DNA from: Eutreptiella sp. 'Long Island Sound 2002'
Taxonomy: Eukaryota; Protista; Euglenida
Reading direction: 5' to 3'
Assembly (NCBI GenBank): GCA_964036045.1
Contig: OZ038379.1
Coordinates: 7,502,001-7,566,000, forward strand
Length of the DNA stretch: 64,000 nt
The notes beneath the pieces are model-generated. The model saw nothing but the letters and a program-made list of their open reading frames with translations. It searched no databases and was not told where the DNA came from. Made by a program: the position numbers and the translations under genes. Shown here piece after piece: positions 1-12,830 of the stretch (its first letter is position 1; each line of letters begins with the position of its first letter).

Positions 1-39
1 CTGGTTGCCGTGGCCCTGAGGGGGAATGTTTGCCCGGTG

Positions 40-660
40 TGCACTTGGCGCGCTACTTTTCTATTAACTATCCCGACTTCAGCCCCAGATTTACCCTCTC
101 ATGGAGAAGCCCCCCAAGTAGACCATGTTGCACTGCACACCTTCCCTACAAAGCACATTGCATAATAAAGCAATATCTGTGAATTCAACAACTCCAACTG
201 TCATCTGTATTGTACTTAACGAACAACATTGGTCCCACAAGTGTGGGTGTCAATGCATTCAGTACAATAGTGCTCCTTACACTCATCACAAACTGCGACG
301 GTGGAGTGCTTCTGGCAACACAACACACACCCTTCTGCCTCATCCTCTGCCTCATCTTGCGTGGCGGCCGAGTTGCTTTCCAAACATGAGGCAGGACATG
401 CTCCCATGGTCCATAGGGGGGGTGACAAAAGCGTAACAAAGATTGTCCCGGTTTCCTCAATAGCACCGGAAGGTTGGGGTCCAAAAGAGGGCGGAAATGC
501 TACGTCACCCCTTCATTCTCGGGGGTCCCCAACAAAGGGGACAAAATCAGAAAACAAAGCCTATGCCAGGGGTCACCATGATGCTCCCAGTATCTCAAAG
601 TATGGGTCTCTAGTACAGCCAGACGCCCAAATAGTTGCACTGCGCTAAGTGCGCCCCCTT
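40..660 (-). repeat. Modular repeat family copy with a Cys-rich zinc-finger ORF (216-428)
   Basis: The module GATTGTCCCGGTTTCCTCAATAGCACC..GTTGCACTGCGC is shared with 17200-18010. The adjacent minus-strand ORF reads C-x2-C-x9-C-x2-C-x4-C-x2-C-x3-H-x-C. Confidence 0.6.
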
Positions 661-1164
661 AGTGCACCCCCTAGAAGGCCACCGGTGGGGCACGGGTCAC
701 AAAAGATGCCCGGCGCGCGCCCAGCGCACTAACGTTCCCCCTTGGGTCCACAATCTCTGCTCCCAGCTCCTTCACAACTTGCAGCTGCTTCACAACTTGC
801 AGGAGCTCCTTGTTGTTGCGCCCCGGCGCTACATACGCCTGCTGCTCGCCGGTGGCGGGCATGGGCAGGTCCGCGGCACCTTGCCCATGCGCCCAGTTGC
901 TGCGACGCCCCCGTGGCGCGCTCGGCGGGCTGGGCCCGTCGCCTTTGGGGCCAGTACGTTTCCTACGAGTGCGATGACCGGGTCGATGAACCCCGGTATC
1001 CACAGAGCCTACCGTAGGGGTTGCAGCGGGTTGTCGGGGGGCACGGACGCGGAGGCCCCGCCTGTTGAGGGCGCGGCCATAAGTGAGGCTCAGGCGCGGT
1101 GTGTGCGCTTTATGGGAAGGCATGTTTCTGCTCTCTGTCGAGTGCAGTGCCACCACCACCATTC

Positions 1165-1724
1165 AAATTCTATTGCCTTCGGCAGTGCACCTCGAAGAGA
1201 CGCTGACAGTCAGCCAACAGTCAGTTAAACAGGCAAGCAGTCAGTCAGACAGTCAGTTGGGCAAGCAGGCAGGCAGACAGAAACACACAGTTTGGGTTTT
1301 TTCGGTGGCAGACTCGGATACAAGCAGTGGGGAGAGTAGCAACTGTCAGAACAAGCAACTGGTCAAATGGTAATGCAGCCGACCACAGACCTGTAGGCCG
1401 ACCACTGCCGGCGGCGCCGGCTGACCTGTCAGCTCTGCCCAATCTGTCCCTCGTTCAAACCCTTCTGAGCACAAACTTTTGACCCCTCTCCCCATCCCCC
1501 CCACCCCCCCCTCCAAAAAAAAAGTGATATCCATTTTCAGGGGATAGAGGCCGCAGAATCAAAAAACCCATTGGGGGATCGTCTTATTGGGCAAAATAAT
1601 GATTTTACAAGGGGTTGGACATCAAATATCATGCCTTGAGGTATGCTACGCGAATGACCCCCCAAAAGGGGGGTACAACGCCCGCGCCTGCGCTTGATCT
1701 AACAACCTCTCTTCAAGCTGATTT
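1165..1724 (-). mobile_element. Non-autonomous Helentron/DINE-like element, copy 1
   Basis: AAATTCTATTGCCTTCGGCAGTG terminal hairpin end, subTIR at 1188, CAGT/GACA microsatellite, tRNA-like A box TGGTCAAATGG at 1360, second subTIR CAACCTCTCTTCAAGCTG at 1703-1720. Confidence 0.6.
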
Positions 1725-2754
1725 ACAGAACACGTGCAGGTGCAGAAAAAAAACACCTCCGAAAGTTGCAGAAACGACACCTCCTGTTGTTCTGGCAGGG
1801 TGTTGTTCTCACAAGGGGGAGGTAGAAGGGTGAGGTTCGTGGACTTGGGACAAATGTGTTGCTGTTACTGTCAGGGTAGCGGTATGGCACGTCATCCTTC
1901 CTTGCGACCCTTGGCAATTTTCACGGTGCAATCAAGAGAGGGACAAAAACAGCGCCAGAGCACACACTCACATGAGGCGAGTTTGTGGGCCAGCACAACA
2001 AAATGCCTCAGGCTGGTGCAGTAGTCTCAACATGACAGGCAACGTCCCACAACGCATGCACAGCACGCTCCTTCATGCTGATGGGCAGTTCACTGACGTG
2101 GAAACCTCTTCTGGCTCCTTCACTCGGCAGTGTGTGGGCCTTGAGTGCCGATTTGATCGGTCTTTGCATACTCAGGCACATCCAGGCTAAGTCCAGAGGT
2201 GTAGGCAGTGAAATGGGTGAAGAGGGCTGCACTGTCCACAGATGTCCACAGATATGACGGATGTTGTGGGCAAAAATTTTAGGGGCTCTCTCCTTTCCAA
2301 ACGTCCGATTCTTTGCTGCCGCTCGTGCTGCAGACTGCTGTCTTGACACACACCCTCATTCATTGGTAGAAGCACAACAAATGTGAACCTACACCTCTGC
2401 TCAACACCCACTCCCCATTGCGCAAGCACAGCAAAAATCAGGCAAAACAACGGTCAGAGGGGGCAGCCATGCTGAGACAAAAGCCATACTTGCGTGAGGC
2501 ATGATTAATTCAGTGAAACACGCAAGTTCAATCAGAGTGCTCCATTGGCTATTGTGCAGGGGGGGAGGGGGATGGGGGGGGGTGTTTGCGTTCAATGTTT
2601 CTCAGCGGAAAACACAAACTGTGTGCTGTGCATCTTAGCAACAAATAACCAGCAAAACCCCGGTGTGCAACCATGCACGACCTGTAATGTGCCAGGAAAC
2701 ATCGTTGGGGGGCGGGGGGGGGGGGGGGGGCATGTTTCAGAGCATGCAGGTACA

Positions 2755-2880
2755 GAATGACGATATAGAGTGACAGTATAGAGTAACAGTATACAGCGAC
2801 GGTAGAGAGTGACGGTGTAGAGTGACAGGAAAGGGTGATGGTATAGGGTGACAACATCGAGTGATGGTGCAGAGCACTGC
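2755..2880. repeat. ~12-mer minisatellite (AGAGTGACAGTA-like); related arrays at 31540-31645 and 33120-33300
   Basis: Degenerate tandem units are visible at all three sites. Confidence 0.75.
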
Positions 2881-5877
2881 CCTTCAATTTGAGTGTGAAT
2901 AGGTTCCTCCTCTGCCTGATACTTCAGTCAGATCACCTTCCCTTAAGAGGCCCTTCCGCCTCTCCCTTCGGTTTTACCTGTTGCAAAACCATGCCCAACC
3001 TCTGTGCCTGACTGAAATGAAAGCAGCGGAAATGAATGGTCGAGTACATGCATCCAGGCACCACACACCATAGCAAAGTGCTGTGATGGGGTCCCTGAGC
3101 ACTCGTCCCGAACCAGGCCTGGAAGCACCTATTGCGCATGCCTGTTAGAGGAGCACAGAGCAGTGCCAAGGAAAACCTTGTGCTCTGCAGCCCACGTACC
3201 CATGCACCGAGTGAGTGTGTGAGAGCTGCATGTGTGTGCATGTTCTTGACAAGCCTTCGGCACTGCAACAGGCAGCCCATCAACACTTCCTGGGAGTTCA
3301 GGCAGTTGGGAGTCTGCCTGCCCAGTGCTGGTCCAGGGCCCGGTCTGTAGCACAGCACCACCATTGTGTTGATGAGGGAAGCGAGGTATGCATGTTGGCC
3401 AGCACTGCACATCTGCACATTCTTCCCCTTCCGCATTGCGCGCACACTGTGCACACACCGTGTGCTGTTGGAGTCAAAACCTGGGCCAACAGTCTCCCTT
3501 CAGAGCCCCACAACATGATGCCGCTTGGAGGCTTCTGAAAAGTGCTATTTGCACATTGCAACCGGCCCAAGGAAGGCCTCTTTGTTCCCTAGTGTCTTGT
3601 ACTGTGTCCTTGCCCCCTCCAGCCGGTGACTATGATGTCCCATGTAATTTACACATGGTGCAACTCCAAGGAATCCAAAAGTGTACCAAAAAATCCACAA
3701 ACATCCAAAAAAAGTAAAAAAAAGTTTGAAACAAGCAAAACAAGCAAAAAACGTCTTCCATCACTGCACACATGATCTGGCATTCTGACGTCTATGATCA
3801 GCATGCAGAATGACAGGGGTCTTCACTCCTAAGACCCCTGTCATAGGAGTGAAGCCTTGGCCTGTGGACGGTGATTACAATCCCACAAGACTTGGTAGTG
3901 CACTGTAGTTTTCATAGTATGTTTCTGGGTGGAGGGTTTTCGCTGCATCACCATTGTCCTGGTTCCTGTGTTGCATAAACTCGGTGTATGCACTGTGCGC
4001 GCACTGTGCCTGAGACTCTCTTTTGGGTGGAAACTCCGTCAGTGGAGTTGGTTCCAACCACGTTCATGCGCTTCAACGCCCGTGGGATATTGCATTGCGC
4101 ACGTTCTTTGTGCTTGATCAATCCGGCACAAAGTCAGTTCATGCGCGTTTAATCAACACAGAACATGCATGGCTCCACAACCTGCGGATGGCCGAAACGT
4201 GTTCGACACCATCCAAAGGGTCCCTGGGTGTACCGCAGGGTGTACCGAAAGTGGCCAGAAGACTCAGCTTCGGTTAAAACTGACCACCCACAAATGCGCA
4301 CTCCCAGGCAACACTGTCCCCGTTTGACCGGACAGGGACAGATGGAGCTCAAGATATCTTTGCATGCCGCCCTGTCCTTCCTATGCCTCCCCGCCCCCCC
4401 TCCCCGCCCCTTTTTGCACACGATGTGACAACTCAATGGAGTCAATACGCCCATGAGGAACCCTTCACTCATGTGCCAAGCAGTATGGCATACTTTTCTG
4501 TGCTGCAAAATGGTAAAATCCAGAGTTCCTGTATCTCCTCAAATGGTTTGGACAGGACGTGGAGACTTCCAAACAATGGCAGTGAGATGGAGCGTCATCG
4601 TGAATATCACACCAAAAATCGTTTCATGATCGAGCTATGCAAGCCCCCCCCCCTTGAACGCCCATGGCCCACAGCCTGTTATGCTGCAAAGCACACGTGC
4701 ATAACGGACTAGTACGAAGACATCATGGCGTGTGTGTGTGTGTGTGTGTGTGTGTGGGCCTGGGGCTTGCACAAGGCCATTTATATCGTCCAAAGCAATA
4801 TAGTTGTGGTGTTGCACGTCGGCGTCATTCCAACTCAAGCCTTCCGTTGTTAACGCCCAGAAAGTGTCCCGCCGCGGTGGGCAAAAGATCCTGGCCGTGG
4901 CGAGCTGAAAGGTACCAGGATCACAAAACCAGGGATTAGAAGACAGAAGCAGACTTGCCACCAGCGTACTACCTTCGACATGATCAGAATGAGCTGCTTC
5001 ATACTCAGCTATGGGCTTGACGCGAGACCCCGTTCTGAGCGAGCAAGCAGCAACTATGAAGCGAAATGCACACGCTGCACAAGACAACCCACCAATCCGT
5101 CGATCTCCGCAAACATTGTTCGCAGCCACTTGCGCCCCTTTCGCCACCGGAGATTCCCACCGGTCCAACCATCTCAGAGTCAACAGCATGAGGAACGTGA
5201 CTCTGTACCCACTTGCGTTTACCATTTTGCCTGGGATTGCCCGGGAGCCAATTCAAGTACCTGCTGGGGCATTTGGATGCAAGTGAGGCGGGACCCTGCG
5301 CAAAAGGCATGTTCTCAGCTGCTCTCTCGTGAGACGTGGTGGTGCAATTCACCCCTGTCAAGCACCCCTGTCAAGTTGAACAAAATCAAAGGAAACGCCA
5401 GCTCCCCAATTTCGCAAGCAAGGTGCAGTCCCCGGGGGATGCAGTGCAAGGACAAGGTCGTGCTTGGGCACTGAGGAAGCAGGAAAAGCAGCGTGCACGG
5501 CGCGCACTCAACCGAAGCAATGATTGCCACCGCCCAAGCACCGACACAACCGAACCACTTCTTTCGAAAACGAGTACAAGCGCCTGCCAAGGAGGGGGGT
5601 TTTTTACTGTTGCTGAAGCCAGCACTGAGTCTTCCATAAGGTCACCTGCGACGGAGGCAGGGATTGGTGTGTGGGGAAGGCACGAGGGGTGCCGCTCGCA
5701 GACACCAGACGGAGGGTGAAATATGGGCGCTGCCCGAATCCGGACGGGGGAGCAGAGCGGCTTGCAGGCCGGGGTTTGGGGGGCTCGAGGGGTCTAATTC
5801 GTCCGGCCGACGGGATTGAGGGGGGTGGGAGGGCACGAGACTGCCGGACGACAGGGCGCTGAGAGAAATCTGGGTGC

Positions 5878-6251
5878 TTACACATGCTGCAAATAGAAGA
5901 AGATGGGAAATTGAACGCCCGCAACGAAGTATAGGAAAAGCATATGCTGCTGGCTACCGCTCCCTTGCCAATACAATTTGAGTGTGTGCAACAGGAAATA
6001 CCCATGGAAGGCCGCGAACATCACCCAGAAACACACGTACATCCACCGCAGCAGGGCAATGCGCGTGAGGAGGATGACGCTGACATGGAAGAACTTATAT
6101 GAAATAAAGCATAACAAATCAAGAGAGTACACTGGTCTGGGCACGGAGAGCACGGAGAACCCGAGCCGCAGCAGCAACATCTCCGTCAATGTCAGCACCA
6201 TTGATGACGATCCCGTCGCAATCAACACCTCAGGAGAAAAATTCACTCCAC
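5878..6251 (-). CDS. YIF1: YIF1 exon 2 (transmembrane C-terminus, stop TAA)
   Basis: Acceptor CTCTGCAG|GTGGA. The 374 nt join exon 1 in frame (..TGIG|GVNFSPEVL..LDLLCFISYKF..FLLHTL..QHV*), matching the YIF1 C-terminal helices. Total 1032 nt = 343 aa plus stop. Confidence 0.9.
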
Positions 6252-6309
6252 CTGCAGAGGGCAGGAGGATGTTGTGCGTGATGAAGTCGCAGTGTACAAG
6301 GGTAGGGTT

Positions 6310-6480
6310 GTATAGCATGTAGAGTGCGTAGTGTGTAGTATAGTATGTGTAGTATGTAGAGTGTGTAATGCGTGGAATGTGGAAGAGTAAAGTATGTGTA
6401 GGATATAGTGTGTAGTGTGTAGTGTGTAGTGTGTAGTGCATGGTGTAGTATGTATAGGGCAGGTATAGATGTGATAGACG
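6310..6480. repeat. TAGTGTG-type microsatellite in the YIF1 intron
   Basis: Tandem GTGTAGT units. Confidence 0.85.
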
Positions 6481-7075
6481 TGTGAGATCATATCATATGG
6501 AGCGCAGGGGTGCAGAGGGTACAGCGGGGCAGGAGTACAGAGGACATGGGCTGAGGGACATTTGTTTGTTGCGCTGGGAACGTGTTAGATCCGCAACCTG
6601 CACCTGTGGGTATTCTGTTTTGTGGCAAAATGAGAACGTATCTGGGTGGCATGGCGATGGGGGTCTGAGGGGGAGGAGTTGGAGGAGGATTAGTGGCCAG
6701 AGGTCCCCTCGGTCACGGCCAAGTGAACGGTTCCCCAACCCCTCAATACTCCCCCTCACACTTACTGACTTGCACAAAAGCAGAGTAAACCCTGTTTCCC
6801 ACACTCTGTCTGTGAAAACAAGAATGAAACCCAGTCCTCAAGGTGCTGCATTGCAGGTTCACACTTCTCTCTGCATGTGCATTGCCAATGCTTGGATTTC
6901 CGGGGCGAAAGAGGTCTGGCTGCAACACGACCTCCGCCCTCCGTTCCAATGTCGTTGACCCCGGCACCCCCCCAGCCGCCGGGCCGTGTGGTCGTTGTAG
7001 GTCAAATTGTTTGACCATAGTCATAAGATTTTGATTGTGGTAAAAACAATTGACTTTGGTAAAAGGATTGATTCT

Positions 7076-7392
7076 GATAGTCGGCCCGAAGTTGCCCCCC
7101 CCCGTACCCTACCCCCCCCCCTGTACGCCCCCCCCCCCGTATCCCCCCCCCCCCCGTTAGCAGACCGCGTCTACTTGGGGCAGACCGCGTCTACAGACTA
7201 TTCACCGCCTTCTCGTGTGCACGGGTAAATGCCCCCCGCCCCCCCCTACGCCCACCCGTACCCCCCCCCCGTACCCCCCCTAGCCCCCCCCCACCCCCCC
7301 CCTCGCCGCACCCCTCCTCGTACCCCACCCCGTACCCCCCTCCCGTACCTCCAGGGTATGGGGGGGGGGGGGGCAACCTCGTGCCATATATG
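7076..7392. mobile_element. Small MITE-like element in the YIF1 intron
   Basis: Degenerate ~22-bp TIR (..GGCCCGAAGTTGCCCC / GGGGCAACCTCGTGCC..), flanking TGATTCT(G) direct repeat at 7069 and 7393, C-rich CCCCGTA interior. Confidence 0.5.
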
Positions 7393-7557
7393 TGATTCTG
7401 GTGGGAAAAAAAAAGATGATGAAAAGCCCCAAAAAGTTCAGGGTACAGGAGGTCAGGGCACGGGTTCAGCAATCGAACACCGTGCAGAGGCCTGGAGGGC
7501 ATGTGAACAGAGGAAAAGGGCATGGAGTGTAGGGGCGCACAAGGTGGAGAAAGAAAC

Positions 7558-8215
7558 CAATGCCCGTAATGAAGCCAACAAGCAAAATGTACGTGATGAA
7601 GGCCATCAGTGGGATATACATGTCCGGGGCATTGATATCGTCGACTGCCGTCAAATAATTATAATTGGTCGTTGGTGCCATGCCCGGTGTCTCAAACCGG
7701 TGCCCGGCATCCACTTCGCGCCTGCGGTACTTGTGTCGCAGCGGGAACATCAGCAGCTTCAGCTTATTCTTCACGTAGCTGTTGTTGACGGTGAAGTAGT
7801 AATGCAGCCCTTGAAGCCAGAAAAGGTAGCGGGAAAAATTGGCTTGTGTCTTTTGCAGCACCTTGCTGCCGTACTGCATCCCGAAATTCATCATCATATC
7901 ATTGCCGAAATTGTTGCCGCCCATACCGTAGCCGGCAGGTGGGGCTTGAGCGGGTGGTTGGTATCCAGAATTGTATTGCATGCCATAGTTTGGATTGTAG
8001 TTCATGTTCGGATCTTGTCCATAGCCAGGAGGAGCCCCACTTTGTGGTCCATATTGCTGTCCGGGATAGTCTTGCCCAAAGGGGCCACCGAATTGGGGAG
8101 GCTGCTGGTGGTGGTGGTAGTGTTGGTGGTGGTGGTGGTGGTGGTGGAAGTCTGCGTCGTTGTGGGGGTCTTGAGGCATGCCTTGCTGTGCGCGGAACCG
8201 GAGCTCGCCGTCCAT
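7558..8215 (-). CDS. YIF1: YIF1/Hrf1-family ER-Golgi membrane protein, exon 1 of 2
   Basis: ATG at 8215 (MDGELRF...). A low-complexity H/Q/G/Y/P N-terminus is followed by YIF1-type motifs YYFTVNNSYVKNKLKLLMFP and DINAPDMYIPLMAFITYILLVG. Donor ATTG|GTTTCT at 7557; 658 nt, phase 1. Confidence 0.9.
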
Positions 8216-11200
8216 ATCAAGCGTTTGCAATTGCACAGAAAGTCAGAAAAGCAGAGGTTCTACCCCAATTACACCGTCATCTCCAGCACGGACAACAAAA
8301 TGGAGTCAATTGTTGCTTCGGCAGACTACAACTCTCGGGGCACAAAGCTGGTGGATAGATAGGGCAGAGTGCTGCTGCAGACTTGGTGAGAAATGCTGAG
8401 GCAGAAAGGACAGAATGGTAACCAAAATAAAACCTTCTGGTCTTTGTTGGGGGCAAACTGGCAGTGGTGGTGGGTGGGTGCCTGGTTATGGTTGGGAGGC
8501 AACCAAATAGCAATTGGAAGACAGTTGTGGGGTTCGCATTGCATGCACAGTGGGGGAGTACTTGTGCCACGCACATGCCGCACGCTACTTTTGCAGCAAG
8601 CACACCTGGACCGTCCGGATTTTTACTCCCTCGCAAAATTACTCCCTCGCAAAATGGCCCCTACGGAGAGCAAACGCTTTGGCCACAACAATTGTGTAAA
8701 CATTCCCACAAACAAAGCACAATCAAGAGCCCAATAGCACAATGCAATTGGCACCCACTTCTTTAAAATGGCCCTTGGGCCGTTGTGGCCCTGTGTGGTC
8801 CCAAATAAGTACATCCCCTGAGGTGCCAAATGACAACACAACACCTGTCATTTCGGTGTTGCCAAATGGGTGTGGGTTGGGGTTAGGTGTGTTTTGACAA
8901 CGACTTCCAGAAACAGATGTGAGGCTCACTCTGTTGTTGTGGCAAAATTGGATCACAAGGCATTTTACACCATGACAGCATGCCTCTGGGTGGGTGTCCA
9001 CTCCAAATGCCTTCAGGGAGTACTTCAAGGAGGTGATCTGTTGGACAGGGAAGGGTCTGAAGTTGGGAGTGGGTCCAATGCCAAATTATTTGCGGGTGCA
9101 AAACTTCACAAAATAATACTGCAATGTTTCCAGAATTTTGTAGTTGGCTTCCTTGGCTCTGTCTAATGTCACCGCTGTCCATACAACATTTTGGGTTTCC
9201 TTTGGATTGGACCCTGTGGTTGTTACAGTTTTGCAGTTGTGCAACAAATCAGCCCTTCAGCCTTGTGCAGACATTTTATGGGTGTGCTCCTGGTTCAGCA
9301 CTCCATGCGGCTGCGCATTCCACGGACTTATGTTTTGACCTCTTCTGTCAATAGTGGGAAGATGCACATGCACATGTGGGCGCAAATCATCAAAACTCAT
9401 TCAGGATTGATGGTGGACCAAATAGCTGTACACCGGCTGCGTTGGCGTGGCAACACTGAGCACAACACATCGAAATTCGTTGTAATAACAGCTATCCCCC
9501 CCCCCGGCCAAAAATAAATTTCACTTTATCTTCTATAAACTTTGGTTTCATGCATGCAAGGCCCAAGCACAGTGGTGCACACCCATAGATATATAACATT
9601 GGGTAGAGACTATATCACGTAGCTGCAGCTGCCGCGGTCCATGGGACCTCATGCAAACAACTCGGGGGCTTACAAGCCCTTGGGAGGTAAGGAGTTGAAT
9701 ACGTACAAGTCAAGAATCTATGCGCCACGAATCATTAAGGGATGTGATGAGAGCCAAGATCTTTGGCCTTGTCCACATGTTTCAACTATGGCAACAATAG
9801 CACATACTACTAGACAGTTCAGGGAGGCAAGGCAGTTGGGGCTAACCATGCTGCTGGCAAGAAGGTACATACAACCGAATATTGGAGGTAGGGCAACAAT
9901 ATTGCTAGGTACGCTCTATGTCAACCAAGGAAATGGATATCCATATGCCGGATGCGGTGGCCCGTTTGTACAGGCAAAACAAAATCTTGGCCTGGACACC
10001 GTTTGTACAGGAACTCAGGGCCAAGCCGCTGGGCCAGATCGCAAGCGCTATGTAGATGGCCAGCAATATGCCATGCTCTTTGGCCGGCTGAAGGCCGAAC
10101 TGTTTGCATAAGCAAATCTCGCCCTGGACAACAACCCATTTGTACAGGCAACTCCTAGCCCGGACGTCGGCCCATTTCTACAAACAAGGGCACAATTGTA
10201 GGGCTGAGCTACCAGACTGGATCACCGGCAATATGCCGGACTCTTTGGCCGGCCGAATGCCGGCTTGTTTGTGTGGACATATCTCAGCTCAAACGCCGGT
10301 CAATTTTTTTTCGACTGTCCAAAACCATCAATAAGTGTTCGAGATCATCCGGCGCTTCACACACATGGTTTGAGACAGTACATTACCGTTCCCTGTTACC
10401 TACCTGCCTTCCTCATGGAGAGGAGGCATAAGGCTATGGGTTAGCTTGGCAATGTGCTTGGTGCCCAAAGGGCAGGGAATGGGACTGCACAAGAGCATAG
10501 GGACTGGGACGGCAGAGGACAGCCAGTGGGGCAAGAGCAGGAGTTGGACTGCAGCAGATCAGTGAATGTCAACCACCGTTGAACGGAGTGATGTGGCGTG
10601 CACCACTAATGTCAGGCGCGGGAACCCCCACCCCAGGGCCCAGCCCTGCCTGTTGGCTAGAAAGGGGTCTCTGTAGCACAAAGGCAGACACAGGTGGAAT
10701 ATTCGAGTTAACTATCATGTATTGCCGGTGTGCCATTCTAATCTCACTTCATAGCTTGCCAACGTAGGTGGTGTTGGCGGGTTGTTGGCCTACCAGCACC
10801 GGAGAGGCGCCGCAGGCGCCTCGCCGCTTGTGCCGCCGCGTGCAGTTCTCAGGGTATGGTATCTCGTCTCTGGCGTTTGGGGTTGGTGTTTTCGGCTGTC
10901 CGGCGGATCCGGTGGCTCTCCCATTTTGTATGTGGTTCTCAGGCGCTGCGCATGTGAACTAAGTATGTACTGCTTGACAAACGCCAAACACCACACACTG
11001 GTCAATTTTGTGGTGGCAAGCCACCAATATGCCGTAGGTATTATGCCAAGCAAATGCCACGCCGGCCTATCACCAACATCATGCTGTAATCACAGTCATC
11101 ATGGAACAGGACCCATTCCACTAAGGGCTCGCCCGCAGCTGGATCGGGTAACTCTCGAGCTCTCAAATACATTGGCCATGGGTGGTAGCCGTCAGTCATG

Positions 11201-11469
11201 GGTTCAAGGCGCAGTATTCATCGGTGACGGTGTGAGTAGATGACTGGGTGTCGTGCTACGGATGGTGTTCTGGCTCTAAGATGGGCTGTGAGCATCTGTG
11301 AGACTTGACACTAGGAGACAAAGTGACATTAGAAGGCGTTGTGAAAAGCGGTGCCTGCAGCAGGGCAATATACTCCTCATCCACGAGGAGCACACGGGAC
11401 GCCACTGGCTTGCGCAGCACATCTGGGCTGGGTGGGGATTGTGGCCCTGCCGGTGGCGGGGTGAGATGG

Positions 11470-12830
11470 ATGTAATGTAGAAGGGGTGCATGCGGCGACC
11501 CCGCTCTGCTGACCTGTCTGATTGCTCATTACAAGGGATGCCCCGGTGCCACGGGGGCCACGCCCACCAAATGAGGTGGGGGGTCAAATCTATACCTGCA
11601 ATAGTGCTTCCCATAGCATGGAGTTAGGTACGGGCTATTGAGGCCCACACCAACCATTGCGTCGCCACTTATATGCCTCCCCATGTACTCTATTGAGGGC
11701 ATACTTAGAGTCCCCAAAAATCACAGTGTGTTGGGTCACTTTCAGGACTACTGCAATAGCACCCTCGAGTTCGCCGCTGTTATAGGTTTGGCGTTCATCT
11801 TCTTCCAGGTGGGTTTCAAATTCCCAGTTGCCCGGGCACCCCCCCGCCCCCACATATCCACTTTTTTCATATCGCTTGGATGACCCACCGAGAAAAAAAA
11901 GGTGTGTGCGACCCCTCCAAGATGTGGGTGTGGACTAGAGATTTCACTTGTTCCACCACTGAGGCCTTGTGAGCCTATGGTTTCTACTTTTTAACATGGG
12001 TTGATGTGTTTGGCATGATGTTGGGGTTATATTGCCGCCAGTTGCTATGACGTTTGGGAACCGTCCCTTCTTTCAGGAAAAAGAGCAAGGCTCCATGAAA
12101 TTCTCGTAGAGCTTTACTATGGTGTTGCAAAGGCACCCACCATATCGCCACGCTAATTTCCTCCGCCCACTTTGTAACGAATTTGTCAATGTCAGGCCCT
12201 AGTGACGCATCAGACGCCCCAGTGCGCTTTGCGCACACACGAGAGCACCAAACCGGGCGTTGTTCGAAGTGCTTGCGCGATAGGTAGCTGCACCCAGGGC
12301 CCTGTTTTGCCCCGGATACGCCCCTCCCCAAAGCACGAATGCATAGCTTGCTGAACATGCTTGAAAAACTTGCACTATTTGAGGGCATGCCTCACCGTTT
12401 CCTCTTTTCCGCATAGGGGGCGGTCTTTGGTTTGTAACCAGGGGAAGAGGCGGACCCTAACCCTTAGTTACAACATGCTCTAATAAATGAAATCCCGTAA
12501 CACGTAAGGAGGGAGGCAACGGGGCGCTCCACAACAAAGATCATGTGTTTGGCTCCGTTACATGTTTGGATGGAGCCACAAGGGCCAAGGAGTGGGCTTT
12601 GGCCCATGTTCCCGCCCACACTGACGGCACAGACCAATCATTGAGCGGGAGTCCCTGGTAGGCACAAAACCTGCTGAGTAAATAGTCCAACACGAAGGCG
12701 GGAGATGTTTGATGAGTCCATGGTGGGGTTGGCCCGCTTGATTAAAGAGGTGCTTTACTCTGTGTACTCCTGCACGAATCAAGATCGAATTGATGTGTGT
12801 GACCATATTTATTGGTCATAGTGGGGCTTC
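11470..12830 (-). pseudogene. Decayed retroelement segment with an RNase HI domain (~11470-11853)
   Basis: QTYNSGELEGAIAV..VIFGDSKYALNRV..WRRNGW, then after a frameshift WWAWPPWHRGIPCNEQSDRSA: RNase HI catalytic motifs. Upstream extent is approximate. Confidence 0.7.

Noticed and set aside
671-1162. 163-aa minus-strand ORF as a real gene
   Set aside because: It is sandwiched between two repeat elements, has an internal 18-bp duplication, and shows no recognisable family.
7229-8362. 377-aa plus-strand ORF
   Set aside because: It is the antisense shadow of YIF1 exon 1 plus a C-rich repeat.
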